Shown in pieces: positions 1-12,299 of a stretch of 64,000 nt of DNA. Every line of letters begins with the position of its first letter. The stretch's first letter is position 1. The position numbers were made by a program, and so were the translations under genes. Source of the stretch: Macrostomum lignano (Eukaryota). The stretch is from NCBI GenBank assembly GCA_002269645.1, contig NIVC01001980.1, positions 147,677 through 211,676 of the forward strand, in the 5' to 3' direction. Under the pieces are notes generated by a model. That model saw nothing but the letters and a program-made list of their open reading frames with translations, did not search any database and was not told the DNA's origin.

Positions 1-535
1 CAGTTCCTGAAGCTTGATTCATCAGTTCCTGAAGCTTGATTCATCAGTTCCTGCAGCTTGATTCATCAGTTCATAAAGCTTGATCCATCAATTCCTAAAG
101 CTTGATTCATCAGTTCCTGAAGCTTGATCCATTCAATCCTTTAGCTTTGATCCATCAATCCTTTAGCTTGATCCATCACATCCATTAGCTTGATCCATCA
201 TCCTTTAGCTTGATCCATCAATCCTTTAGCTTGATCCATCAATCCTTTAGCTTGATCCATCAATCCTTTAGCTTGATCCATCAATCCTTTAGCTTGATCC
301 ATCAATCCTTTAGCTTGATCCATCAATCCTTTAGCTTGATCCATCAATCCTTTAGCTTGATCCATCAATCCTTTAGCTTGATCCATCAATCTTTAGCTTG
401 ATCCATCAATCCTTTAGCTTGATCCATCAATCCTTAGCTTGATCATCAATCCTTTAGCTTGATCCATCAATCCTTTAGCTTGATCCATCAATCCTTTAGC
501 TTGATCCATCAATCCTTTAGCTTGATCCATCAGTT
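1..535. repeat. Tandem minisatellite, 21-22 bp units (ATCCATCAATCCTTTAGCTTG), running off the window start
   Basis: Directly visible periodicity. It explains the 7-aa-period ORFs at 198-401. Confidence 0.95.
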
Positions 536-866
536 CCTACATGAGTTCATGCAACTTGCAACTTGCAACCTTTTTTGCAATATTTAAGTACATGCAGATG
601 CAACGGTAACTTCTAGTTGGTCCTTGCGTGCAGACGCTAGATGTACACCTGTCGGACACTTGGGATACAAGCTGGTGCCGTACCTACCCTATTAGCTAGA
701 CCTGCCCCACAGAGTTTCTTGGCATGACGGGATCAGCAAGCTGCCAGAGAGACGGCACTATTAGGTTGTGCAGCTGAAAGGCAAACTATGCAGTGCAGTC
801 TATTTTTGTTCACCGAAATCACGACACAACCCTCGTTCGTATACTTATAAACTTCATTAGCTAATA

Positions 867-1402
867 TACCTTTTTGCGATCTAGTTTGCCAAAACTGCGA
901 CCTAGTTTGCCCATAGCAAGCCAAGAAGGATTTTTATTGAGAATCAATTCGGAAGTGTGACGAAATAAACTGTAACAGTGAACAATAAACAGCGAGTTTA
1001 TAATGGTAGACGTAGGCACAAATGCTCTCAATCATAGCATTGTTAAGGGACCTCCGCTTGGCACCTCGCGAGGCAGAGGCTCTATACGACCGGTTGCGTT
1101 GAATTGTCCAACTATGTAAGTCACGTTTCTTCGTGAGATGCCCAACAGCCTACCGAAATCTTGCCAGTCCTCTCCACCCTGATATGCTTGAATCAATCGC
1201 TGCCGGTCCTTTGCTGAAATCCTGTTGTAAGGTTCACGCTGGGCCATTCTTTGATCTTGCTATGTATGTCTGTGGTGTTTTCTTTGCTATGGGCAAACTA
1301 GATCGCAGTTTGGGCAAAACTGATTGCAGTTTTCAAAGAGTTGTCTGTGGCTGAAACTCTGGTCATGACTCTAGTTTTGGCAAACTAGATCGCAAAAAGG
1401 TA
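867..1402 (-). mobile_element. Internally deleted Tc1/mariner-IS630-like DNA transposon with an HTH transposase N-terminal remnant (ORF 1032-1247)
   Basis: TIRs TACCTTTTTGCGATCTAGTTTGCCAAAACT (867-) and its reverse complement (-1402) are flanked by TA on both sides. The internal ORF (RISAKDRQRLIQAY...GRLLGISRRNVTYIV...GRIEPLPR) resembles a transposase helix-turn-helix. No DDE domain is present. Confidence 0.75.
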
Positions 1403-2194
1403 TATAATTCAGGAAGGAAACATGTTCTTCAGATTTTGGGGAATAGCGACCACAGACATATTTCGCAGATGAAGAATATGCGCACGAGTATACATATGTA
1501 CGCTCGTAGGCTACTTTAACTTCCTCAACTCGATAGAGCCTCTGTCTGGGCTAACATTACTGCAAAAACTGCTTAAAAAGAATGTAAAATATTAATTGAA
1601 ATCTTATCAAAGTTGGATATAGATCAAATTTTTTAAATAACTTTAGGATGGTTTCCGTTGCGCAGCCAATCTACTGTCGAACCGGAGTGCAACAGTAGTA
1701 TGTAAGGCGCATTGCTTGCAGAGCAATGCTGCCAATCGAAGAGAAGCGCCGGAACGACAGCCGACAGACGAAACCTGCAGTAACAAAGAGGCGGGCGTTG
1801 GCAAAGAAGAGTTGCTTGGCAACGGGATCCCAACTGATGGCGCACAGCAGCTTCCGAGTCCGGTCGCCTCTATCGACTCGGTGGCAGTCAAGGTGAGATT
1901 GCGCGCGCTGCCAAGAACTCAACTGTACTGACAAACTGTACAGCATTTTCATTCATTCGCCTGCTGGAAAACCATTGAAGGCTTTTAAGTTTGAGGTGGA
2001 ACCCCACTTTACTTTCTTCCTTTCCCTTCCCTTCCCTTCCCTTCCCTTCTTTCTCTTCCCTTCTCTTCCCTTTCCTTCCTTCCCTTCCCTTCCCTTCAAT
2101 TCCCTTCGCTTCCCTTCCCTTTCTACCCCTTCACTTCCAAAGTTAAAAAGTGCAGCCCAGCTGCAGCTGCAAAACCGCTAACGCCCTCACTCAG

Positions 2195-5036
2195 TTCGCA
2201 GTAGTGCTGCGGCTGCACTGGCCGCTGCTGGCCCTGCTGTGCCTCAGTCACATCTGCATCGGCATGGCCAACGCTCTGCCGGGCAGCAGCCTGATGCACC
2301 TGGCCAGGCAGGTGGGCGTCGGCCTCAGCGACATGGGATTCTGGTTCACGGCCAAGTCTGCCGCGGCCTGCCTGCTGGCACTGCTGACCGGCTTCGTGTT
2401 CAACCGGCTGCCGGACAGCAGCCGCCTGGCCCGGCCGGCTTTTCTGGCCGCTGGAAATCTGGTTAGCGCCGGCCCATGCTCGGCGCGTCGTTGGCGCGCA
2501 GCTGCGCTCTGGCGCTCAGCCTGGCCGGACTGCTTGGCGCCGGACACGGAGCCCTCGAGACCGGTGCAGTGAACTGGCTGGCTGATTGATTTGTGTTTGT
2601 GGCGTATTTTGGTATCGTATGGAGTAGTTCAAGTACCAGGTAGATTCAGAACTGGAAGCGATGTCATTGGCGATTCAAAAACGAGTGAATAAACAAAGAG
2701 CTTGCAAAATTGCCGTCACTCGTCCTGGCATCAGGGGCGCAGGTAGCCGTCAACAAGAGCCATTTTTTGAGGAGCGTTACCCCCGTACCTTCCCAAACTA
2801 CGCCCCGGCCATCGGGTCCTTTGAAATTTTACAACAGAAATTCGGCCCGCTCAAGGTCTGTGTCTCTTCTCAGCTCTCTTCTCTCTTCTCAGCTCTCTTC
2901 TCTCTTCTCTCCCCTCTCTTCTCTTCTCTCTTCTCTCTTCTCTTCTCTCTTCTCTCTTCTCTCTTCTCTCTTCTCTCTTCTCTCTTCTCTCTTCTCCTCT
3001 CTCTTCTCTCTTCTCTCTTCTCTCCTCTCTCTTCTCTTCTCTCTTCTCTCTTCTCTCCTCTCTCTTCTCTTCTCTCTTCTATCTTCTCTTTTCTCTCTTC
3101 TCTCTTCTCTTCTCTCTTCTCTCTTCTCTCTTCTCTCTTCTCTCTTCTCTCCTCTATTCTCTCTTCTCTCTTCTCTTTCTCTCCTCCCTCTTTCTTCTCT
3201 CTTCTCTCTTCTCTCTTCTCTCCTCTCTTCTCTCTTCTCTCCTATCTCTTCTCTTCTCTCTTACCTCCCTTCCCTCTTCTCTCCTCCCTTCCTTTCTTCT
3301 TTCTCTCTTCTCTTCTCTTCTCTTCTCTCTCTTCTCTTCTCTTCTCTTTCTTCTCTCTTCTTCTCTTCTCTTCTCTTCTCTTCTCTTCTCTTCTCTTCTC
3401 TTCTCTTCTCTTCTCTTCTCTTCTCTTCTCTTCTCTTCTCTTCTCTTCTCTTCTCTTCTCTTCTCTTCTCTTCTCTTCTCTTCTCTTCTCTTCTCTTCTC
3501 CCTTCTCTTCTCTCATTTCTTCCTCCTCTCTCTTCTCTCCTCTTCCTTCACTCCCCTCTTCTCTGGTCTCTCTCCTCCATTATCTCCTCTTATCTCCTCT
3601 CTCCCATCTTTTCCATCATCCCATCTTTCATCTCATCCCCTCACTCGTCTCTGTGGCCTCTCCTCTCTTCTCTCCTCTCTCCTCTCACCCTTCCTCTCTT
3701 CTCTCTCCTCGATTCCATTTCCTTTCTTTTCTCACCTGGCACAGAATTATGAGCTAGATTAGCAAAACTGCGATCCCTGGGTAGCTGCAGCTTGTAAAAC
3801 CCACTGGCCCTTAGAGATTCAAGCTAAGTTTAGAGATTAGAAACACAAACTCAATGCACAGAAACCCCCTCAACTTCTCTGTCAGCCAATGGCATCTTGG
3901 TGATCCGCCTGCTCGGTTCGCTGCAGTCGCGCCCGATCCTGCACTCGCTGCACTTCTGCACCGCACTCGGCGGCCTCATCGCGCCGCTGATGCTGCACCC
4001 GTTCCTCGCGCCAACGATGCCACAGAGCCACCCATAGACGAAGAGCAGCAGGCGTGGGAAAGAAGCGAAAGCGCCTGCGGTCGAGTCGGAAGCGGCGCCT
4101 CGAACCAATCCGCTACTCGGTGGCACAACTTGAAGACACCAGCGCTCGCCACTTCGACCAGCCCGGCGTCGACAGTTGGCGGCGGAGCGACAGCCGCTCC
4201 TCTGCTGCTGGTCACTCCGTACTCGGTGTTGGCGGCACTTCAGGCTGCCGCGTCCGTCGGGCTGCTGCTGCTGGCGCTCCTCCCCCGCCAGCCGCTGTCC
4301 TGCCGGCCCGGTGCCGCCGAGTCCGCCACCGATTCCTCTGGAAGCCGAGGCGCCGCTCCGCCCGCCGCCACTGCCCGCCTGGCGACGCCGCTGCCTGGTG
4401 GTTCTTACCGCGGCCTTCTACTTCGCGTCTGTCGGCGGCGAGAACATCTTCTGGTCGTTCGGTGGCGCCTACGCCAGCTGCGCCCCGGGCCTCCAGCTCA
4501 GCGCGCGCGGCGCCGCCGCCCTGCAGGCCGCCTTCTTTGCCGGCTTTCTAGTCGGCCGCGGCCTCGGCGTTGTCGTCTCCCGCTGGGCCCGGCCGACCGG
4601 CATCCTGCTGGCGCACCTGGTCGCCTGCCTGGCAGCCCTGGCCACTCTGAGCCTGTCCGAGTCTACCTGGCTGGCCTTCGCCGGCACGGCCGCCTTCGGC
4701 CTGGCCGTCTCCGTTCTGTACGCCACAGGCGTCACCTGGCTGGAGCAGCGGCTGCCGGTGGCCGGCCCCGTCGCCTGCAGCTGGCTGATCGGCGGCCAAC
4801 TGCGCATGTCCGCCCTGCCGCCTCTGGCCGGCTATCTGCTGGTGTCGCCTGCGGCTGGCCCGGCCTCTGTGATGCACCTGGCGTTGGGCTCCTTTGCCGT
4901 TGCTTCCGCCACCTTCTTGGGCATGCTGACAATGGCCAGCGACTTCGGCCGGTGTTGGCGACGGGTCTGTGGGCGACTGCAGCAGCGGTGCAGCTGTTGC
5001 TCAGCTGCGGACAGAGTGTCCGTGCGGAGCTCCTAG
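2195..5036 (+). CDS. MFS transporter, MFSD4/NAGLT (sodium-dependent glucose transporter 1)-like; frameshifted as written
   Basis: Exons ~2195-2563 and 3886-5036, with a possible upstream exon ending at 1892 (AAG|GTGAG, phase compatible). The motifs GALET-ANGILVIRLLG...LHSLHFCTALGGLIAPLMLHPFL and FYFASVGGENIFWSF...FFAGFLVGRGLG match MFSD4-type helices. Three frame switches are needed (~2475, ~4010, ~4395). Confidence 0.7.
2864..3735. repeat. CT-rich low-complexity / (TTCTC)n microsatellite in the MFS intron
   Basis: Directly visible. It produces the spurious S/L/F ORFs at 2661-3762. Confidence 0.95.
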
Positions 5037-5046
5037 TTTGGGGGTT

Positions 5047-5337
5047 GGGGTGTCTGGGAGTGGGGTGTCTGGGAGTGGGGTGTCTGGGAGTGGGGTGTCT
5101 GGGAGTGGGGTGTCTGGGAGTGGGGTGTCTGGGAGTGGGGTGTCTGGGAGTGGGGTGTCTGGGAGTGGGGTGTCTGGGAGTGGGGTGTCTGGGAGTGGGG
5201 TGTCTGGGAGTGGGGTGTCTGGGAGTGGGGTGTCTGGGAGTGGGGTGTCTGGGAGTGGGGTGTCTGGGAGTGGGGTGTCTGGGAGTGGGGTGTCTGGGAG
5301 TGGGGTGTCTGGGAGTGGGGTGTCGGGAGTGGGATGT
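5047..5337. repeat. 15-bp G-rich tandem repeat (TGGGGTGTCTGGGAG)n
   Basis: About 19 near-perfect copies starting about 10 bp after the MFS stop codon. Confidence 0.95.
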
Positions 5338-5837
5338 CTGACAGTTAAATGTCTGGCGTTAGGTTCCAGTCAGTTAAGGGAGCCCAGATGAAGTGAAATT
5401 GCTTCGCAAGTTTCGCCCATTTGATATAACTATATTTGGTGCGTCTCATTACACTTTTTACTGTTAAAAGCGCATTATTTTGCTTGCTCTGTCGGTTTGT
5501 CTTTCAAAAATATTATTCTTATTTATTTATGTTCATTGCCGGCTGTGTCTTTGTTAAAATCCACGCAGGTATTCTGTGAATCAATAGGCTTGGCCTCAAG
5601 GTTTCTTGAACTCTGTATAATTGAAATTTTTGCTTGAAACACGGCTGACTACTTTTGGAGAGACTGTCATTTTAATTCAATTAATTTTCAGTTTAAAAAT
5701 CCATGAACCCGTGAGTCATGTTGCTCAGATAAAATAGACAACCTCCCTTGTTCGTGTGACCTTCAAAGTGATGTAAATGCAAACGTATAAAGCAAGATCA
5801 TAAGAGTTCCGTAGATGAATTTTAAAAGCTTAGAGGC

Positions 5838-6410
<573 letters not shown>

Positions 6411-7627
6411 TCTATGATTGATTGGTTGATTTTGAGTGAAGAAAAAACCAAATAGAACGCAAAAAGGTCTATCTATCCTAGCCTTCACTAAACGAGAAAG
6501 AGAACACATGCTTTTGACAATCGAAGTGCTATGCTTATTTTAAACAGGAAAAAAGTTTATGACACGATTTAGGACAAATTTTGTCTCCTATTGGTACAAT
6601 TTTAGCCGAAATCGACGCCGCACTCGCGAGCAGACTTGACTTTCCAGCGGCCTGTCGGTCCTTCCCGCTATTCACCAAATTGTTGGCCTCGAATTCTCAA
6701 ATAAAAAATCACCCAATTGATCGTCGGTGGTTGCCATAGGCACGTTTTGTCTCTCTGTTTCTCTGTGTTTGTCCCACTGGTAGAGCATGTGGGAGAGTCG
6801 TGAGCAGGCGGCGTGTAGACTCAGGGACAGCTGAACCGCCTCATGGACTGCCGAGGGTCTGTGTGCGGTGGCAGCAGATTTCCGAGAGTTGCCCTCTGGC
6901 TGTATAAATTTGGCAGCAAAATATCGATCTAAAACTGCAGACGCTTCCACAGACTGCCGAGCGAGACTCTCAATGTCTGCGCAATAATCGCGAGCGCCCA
7001 GGGGGCTCTGAGACGGTGCCAGGTGTTCGGCAGTCAGCTAGCATAGCTATTAGAGCAGGCACAGCTCCACCCTGCAGCACCAACCCTCCGTCCGTATTAA
7101 AAAAGAAATTATTAAAGTCTTACTACGATTGTGAATATGATAATGACATTTGCAAATTTTAATGCATAATGAACAGAATAGTTATAAAGCTGGCGCAGAG
7201 AGAGGCTGGACTACGCAACGCAGGTTTAATACTTTAAAAGGTTAAAGCGCTTCCTTCAAACTAATTAAACTTGTCAATGCGTGATTAATTGAAATTGCGG
7301 TGCAGAAAAGTATATTCAGCGCGGTTAAGAAAAAGATTTATTCATATTTTAGACAGTTATAGATTCTATTTAGGCTATTAATAAAATTAACAGAAGTTTA
7401 ACAACAAACTATGGTCAATATAATGTGCTTTTGAATCTGGATTGAGTAGCTAATTAATAATTAACTGTCTAGAACCTACATGTAGAGCAGCTGTGGAGCA
7501 TCTGGTGCGATGAAAAAGCAGGCTGACATTTGTTTAGATATCAGACATGACTCTCCTCTAGAAATGGAACTTTTATTGACAGAGAAGAGACTGACAGCAC
7601 TGAGGTCCAAAGCTCTCAGAAATCGCC

Positions 7628-8539
7628 TCACTCATCGCACAGGCCCCTGTCATAGGCCTCCTGCTCCTGCGCCATCCGCTTGTGCTGCATGAGGATCATC
7701 TTCAGCTCATCCTTGCCGATCCCACCGTCCTTGTCAGTGTCCCACTGCTCCATGATCACCTCCTTGAAGAACTTCATCTTCTGATCGTCAAACTGCTCGC
7801 CAGTGAGCTCCAGCAGGTCCTTGAGGAAGCCCTCCAGCTCGTCGCCCTCGATTTTGCCGCTCTTGTCCGTGTCGTACTTGCGAAAGATTTTGTCAATCTC
7901 GTACGAGGACAGCCGAGCGGCGTTCTTCAGCAGCGGCCGGCTCAGGTAGTTGTCCTTGACCGGCAGCAGCTTCGCCATCTCGCTCAGCTGCAGCTGACCG
8001 TCGCCGTTTGTGTCGAAGAGCTTCAAGATGGCGTCGGCGTACTCGGCCAGCTTCTCCTCGCTCACCGAGGCCTCCTGGTTCCGCTCCTGCAGCAGGTAGC
8101 GCAGAAACTCCTTGAGTTCCTCTTTGTCAATCTGGCCAGAATTGTCCTTGTCGAATTGCTTCCAGATGCGCATGAATTCCACGCTGGATTCGAGCGGATT
8201 GTCCCGCCGGAACAGCAGCAGGAAGCTCTGGTCAGTCGGCAGCATCTGGGCCAGCTCGCCAATCTCGATTCGATTGTCCTCGTTCTCGTCGTAGGCCAGC
8301 ATGAACTCCTCTTTGAGCTCCTTGAGCGCGCTGTCCGAGATCACCTCCTGGCCGATTTGGTCCGGAATGATTGAAGTCACGAACTCCTTCAGGAAGCCGT
8401 CCAGCTCCTCGTCCTCGATGTAGCCGCTGCCATCCTTGTCGTAGTGATTCCACACCTCAAGGAATTGCGCTGCCGTGAAATTCTTAAACGATCGAGTGTC
8501 CTTGTCGCGAAATTTCTGCAAGAAATTCTCGTCGGACAT
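7628..8539 (-). CDS. Cbp53E: Calbindin-32 / calretinin-secretagogin family hexa-EF-hand calcium-binding protein, single coding exon, 303 aa
   Basis: Intact ORF with EF-hand loops DKDGSGYIEDEE, DKDNSGQIDKEE, DTNGDGQLQLSE, DTDKSGKIEGDE and DTDKDGGIGKDE. The N-terminus NFLQKFRDKDTRSFKNFTAAQFLEVWNHYD and the motifs LLLFRRDNPLESSVEFM and LPVKDNYL are typical of invertebrate calbindin-32. Confidence 0.93.
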   Translation of the reverse strand: MSDENFLQKFRDKDTRSFKNFTAAQFLEVWNHYDKDGSGYIEDEELDGFLKEFVTSIIPDQIGQEVISDSALKELKEEFMLAYDENEDNRIEIGELAQMLPTDQSFLLLFRRDNPLESSVEFMRIWKQFDKDNSGQIDKEELKEFLRYLLQERNQEASVSEEKLAEYADAILKLFDTNGDGQLQLSEMAKLLPVKDNYLSRPLLKNAARLSSYEIDKIFRKYDTDKSGKIEGDELEGFLKDLLELTGEQFDDQKMKFFKEVIMEQWDTDKDGGIGKDELKMILMQHKRMAQEQEAYDRGLCDE

Positions 8540-11129
8540 TCCGATTTCTCTGTAGATTAATAATTCTATTTGAAAATCTTGGTGAGCAGTGCAGGGAGCG
8601 GATTATTGTCGGAAAGTGTTACACTCGGAAACTGAATTTTATTAGTCGCCAAGCCAGCAGGGTAGTGGGGGGCAGTGGGCAGCAGGACTCTTTGCAATCT
8701 GGCCATTCTAGTGATCGATTTTCGTAGCCTACCCCCCCCCCTCGTGTGGCGCGATCCAATCCTTTTTGAAGCAGTGACTGCCCCCCTCTCTCTCTCTCCC
8801 TGTCTCTGCAGCTATTTTGCAGTGTCTCTCAAGTTCTCGCATGCAGGCGGTATTATAAATTTTTTGTTATATTTCATAGACGGCACAAGGGATTGAGAAG
8901 CTACACCGTGACAGCACTGAATTTTCTTTCCTGAGACTAGTTGCCCCCCCCCTCCCCACACTCTGGCTGGACCGTTCCGCACCCCGCAGAAGCTCCTGCT
9001 CTGGGAGTCCGCGAGCCGTTTGCTGGTGCCCCTGCGACAGGACTGCAAGGGAGATTTGCTAGGAGAGCCGCCATTGAACATTCTTTCCTGCGCTGTCCAG
9101 GCACCCGGCTGTGTCGATTTAGCTGTGTCAAGGAAATTGGACAGTGTTTGACTATGGAGACACACAGCGAGAGATAGAGAGTTTTGCAGAGAACAGCTGC
9201 ACTGCGAACACTTCAGCAAAAGCCCCGTGTGCCCATGCCAACCATGAATTGAAAGTATGAAACTACAGAGAAAGGAATGCAGTTCACAACTGCTCATAAA
9301 TGTTTATGAAACAATAAGCATGCGATTTTATTCTATGATTGTTTGCTGCTCGTCAAAAACGACTTACTGACAGTAGAAAGACGTCCTCTCTGTACAAACT
9401 ACGAGCTGCAGAGGCGAAATAATTAGTGTATCAAAGCCCTACTGAGTAATGGTTACTGAACAAAATTAACTTTGCTAATGTTTTTTAAGCAAGAATAGAT
9501 CTTCAAAAAGGTGTCAATAGTTTTGTCGTTTTACTACTTTGCGTACTTGACTTGAGTAGTAGTAAAACAGAAGTAATAATTTTTGATCGAAAACCTGGTG
9601 GTGAAACATAATTTTAGACCTCATTTTTTCAAAATTTAGGTTGTCACTTGTACTCTTTTCTAGCTGGCATGTCTTAGTAAATTTTTTGTCTTGCAAAGCC
9701 AAGAGCGCCAACCAGAGGTCCTAAATGAAATGGATTTTCGCGTCTGCGAACTTCCCCGAGGCGGCACTTCAGCGGCGCAGGGCAGACGAGAAGCTTCCAG
9801 ATGAGCAGTTCGGCATTCACAGACTGCGGTTCCTCCATTGATTTATCAGGCTGGCGGGCTCTGGGCGGCATGCAAATTCGTTCAGCGCGAAGACGTGCCG
9901 GTCGAATCCTTTGGAGAAAATTTACTTATACCTTCACTCAGCCTGACAGCGGGCGACCTGTTTGGATTAATCTTGCTCTCGCCGAGTGGCCGGCTCGCGG
10001 TGCCACAGTCAGTTACAAAGTTACGGGAGAGTTAATGGAAAAGTTACGAAGTACCTTTTCCAGTGCCGAAAGCTGTACTTGCCTGTCATGTGGCCTTCGA
10101 GCGGATATTTGCAGAGCTCATGACTTTAGGAAAGGGAGGGGCAGAAAATAGGAAAATTCTAAAAATGACCAAAATTGGCCAGAGACTGGGATTATAGGCA
10201 ACATAGAAATCCCTGGAGATGTGGGCAGTTAATTTTGCATTGCCTCTAGCTTTTTGTGCGCATGGAAGCTCAGACTACGACCAACTAGCAACTGCTCGAA
10301 GAGGATGTACAAATTAGCACCGAATTCCTCTGCGACCGCAATCCCAATCATAGCGTGATCAGAACAAAGCAGCTCAGCTTCCAGTGCAAGAAATTCTCTG
10401 GACAATTTTAATGCACTGTCTTGGTCTGGGAAAGTCGCTCTCTACTAATTTAGATAAGCTTTATTGCATTATTAACCAGCAATGCTCACACCAATGAGCA
10501 CAGAATGGAAATGTTATGTTAAGGAATACACATTTGTTTACAATACATAATAGGAGTAGATAATCTTTGCAGATTTCATCGTACATTTACTGCTTTAGAC
10601 AGATAGCTTCAGCATGCAGGAAATTAAAAGGCATTTCAATGAAACTGCTGGTCTTTAAAGGAGCACAAATAGATTCAACTGCTTGTTAGATAACAGTGAA
10701 AGCAACTCTGACTGCCAGAAAACTCATCCAGAGATTGGCTTCATAACTAACATATGAACACAGAAAACATTCCTGCAATAGACTGCAAAAAAGATTTGAT
10801 TTCGTGTGACAGTGTAATTCGTAGAATTATCTGATCGTATTTCCTTATCTCGCATGCATACGTATTCTTTAATTTATTTTAACAATATTCTATACGCATT
10901 ATTATTGCGCTAATGTTACAGTTAATTGCTTTGTTTTTGTAGCCTCGTATGCATTAATTCTATTATTTGTATTTCATTCATATCGTTATTAATTCTCGTA
11001 AAGTAGTTCTACCTATGTACATGTACTGGCGTATGTTGTTATTCTTACACGATATAATTTATCGATTAATTTGTACATGTACATTGCGCGCCGCGTGGGG
11101 GGTTTGTCTGCCTTTGACTTCTGCCTCTT

Positions 11130-11499
11130 GACTAGTCGGATAGTCCACTACAGAAAAATTACCCGACCAGTCAGGTGGATCCACACAGCCGTGGAGTGGA
11201 TTGAGCTAGACTAGTCAAGCGGCCCCGTGGACTGGACTAAAAATGCATTCAGGCTGAGCCGTGGAGTGGATTGAGCTTGACTAGTCAAGCGGCCCCGTGG
11301 ACTGGACTAAAAAGTTTTACGCTAATTTGAAGAGCACTGGAAATTCACCCAAATTAAAGCATCGATATCTCAGTAACTACTCAATATTTTTGACTAGCGG
11401 TAAACTACAACTTGACACTGCTGGTCCCCAATGCATCTTACCGTATATCGTAATGTGAACTTAGACTGCCGGAAACGAGAAACAATAACAAAGCGAATG
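11130..11499 (+). repeat. Left copy of a long inverted repeat (partner at 22980-23441)
   Basis: GACTAGTCGGATAGTCCACTAC...AAACAATAACAAAG aligns by eye to the reverse complement of 22980-23441. It contains an internal ~72-bp duplication. Confidence 0.85.
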
Positions 11500-11634
11500 T
11501 CAGTTACCTAAGTATAGACGATAAAGTTAAAGGTTTTAGCGTTTATTATTTGTTCATTTTCTTATTTTTTTATCTTTTATTTAAACTTTAAGTTTATTGT
11601 CCTGGTGTATATAAATACATTGAGCAGATACATT

Positions 11635-12299
11635 GGGCCTTTTCTTGTGAAGTATAACTTTTTGTCTCCATAGCTAAAGGGAGATACGTGCTATAAAATT
11701 TTTATTATTGAATGAAAATCGCCAAAAAGAAAGTGAAAAATTGTACTTAGTGAGGTTGTTAAGGCAGTCAAATATACCTTTTTGCAATCAATTTCGTCGT
11801 TTTTGCGTTCAATTTCGGCGCGAGCGCTAGTGGTGTGCTGTGCAGTCTAAACAACTGAGCCATGGACACTGGGCAACTTTTGCGTTCGGGTTCGGCCTTT
11901 TTGCGTCCTATTTCGGCAGCTTACGGCATCAAACATACTTGCGGAGACGACTATAGGCCTGCTTTAGGAGACAAATTTTTCGTCCCACCCTCACTGAATG
12001 CGATCGAGTGAGAAAGTGTCTATGGCAAAAACATCGAACTGTGCCCACAGTGCGGCCCATGTGATTGCGCTGCCGAAATAGGACGCAAAAAGGCCGAATT
12101 TGAACGCAAAAGTTGCCCAGTGTCTATGGCTCAGTTGTTTGGACTGCACACTAGCGCTCACACCGAAATTGAACGCAGAAATGACAAAATTGATTGCAAA
12201 AAGGTATATTAACAGAGTTAAATAGTTATACTGCTGTTTTTCTTGGAATTCCAAACTGATTCTGGTTCTGGAATTGGTAGGCCTAATATGAAAAGGCCC
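11635..12299. mobile_element. PIF/Harbinger-like MITE carrying a nested TA-TSD MITE
   Basis: Termini GGGCCTTTTC...GAAAAGGCCC with a 3-bp TSD ATT/ATT. The interior matches the uninterrupted copy at 27099-27359. Confidence 0.75.
11775..12206. mobile_element. Tc1/mariner-type MITE (432 bp) with long TIRs
   Basis: TACCTTTTTGCAATC...GATTGCAAAAAGGTA with imperfect TIRs over 150 bp. The TA TSD is confirmed by the empty site AGGCAGTCAAA-TA-TTAACAGAG near 27262-27284. Confidence 0.88.

Noticed and set aside
6600-7080. GC-rich island with ORF 6672-6950
   Set aside because: No protein motif or element boundaries could be identified.
9650-10800. Coding-like fragments (ORFs 9674-10151 and a minus frame near 10250-10440)
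   Set aside because: No recognisable domain, termini or consistent splice chain. They may be a decayed element, but I cannot support a call.
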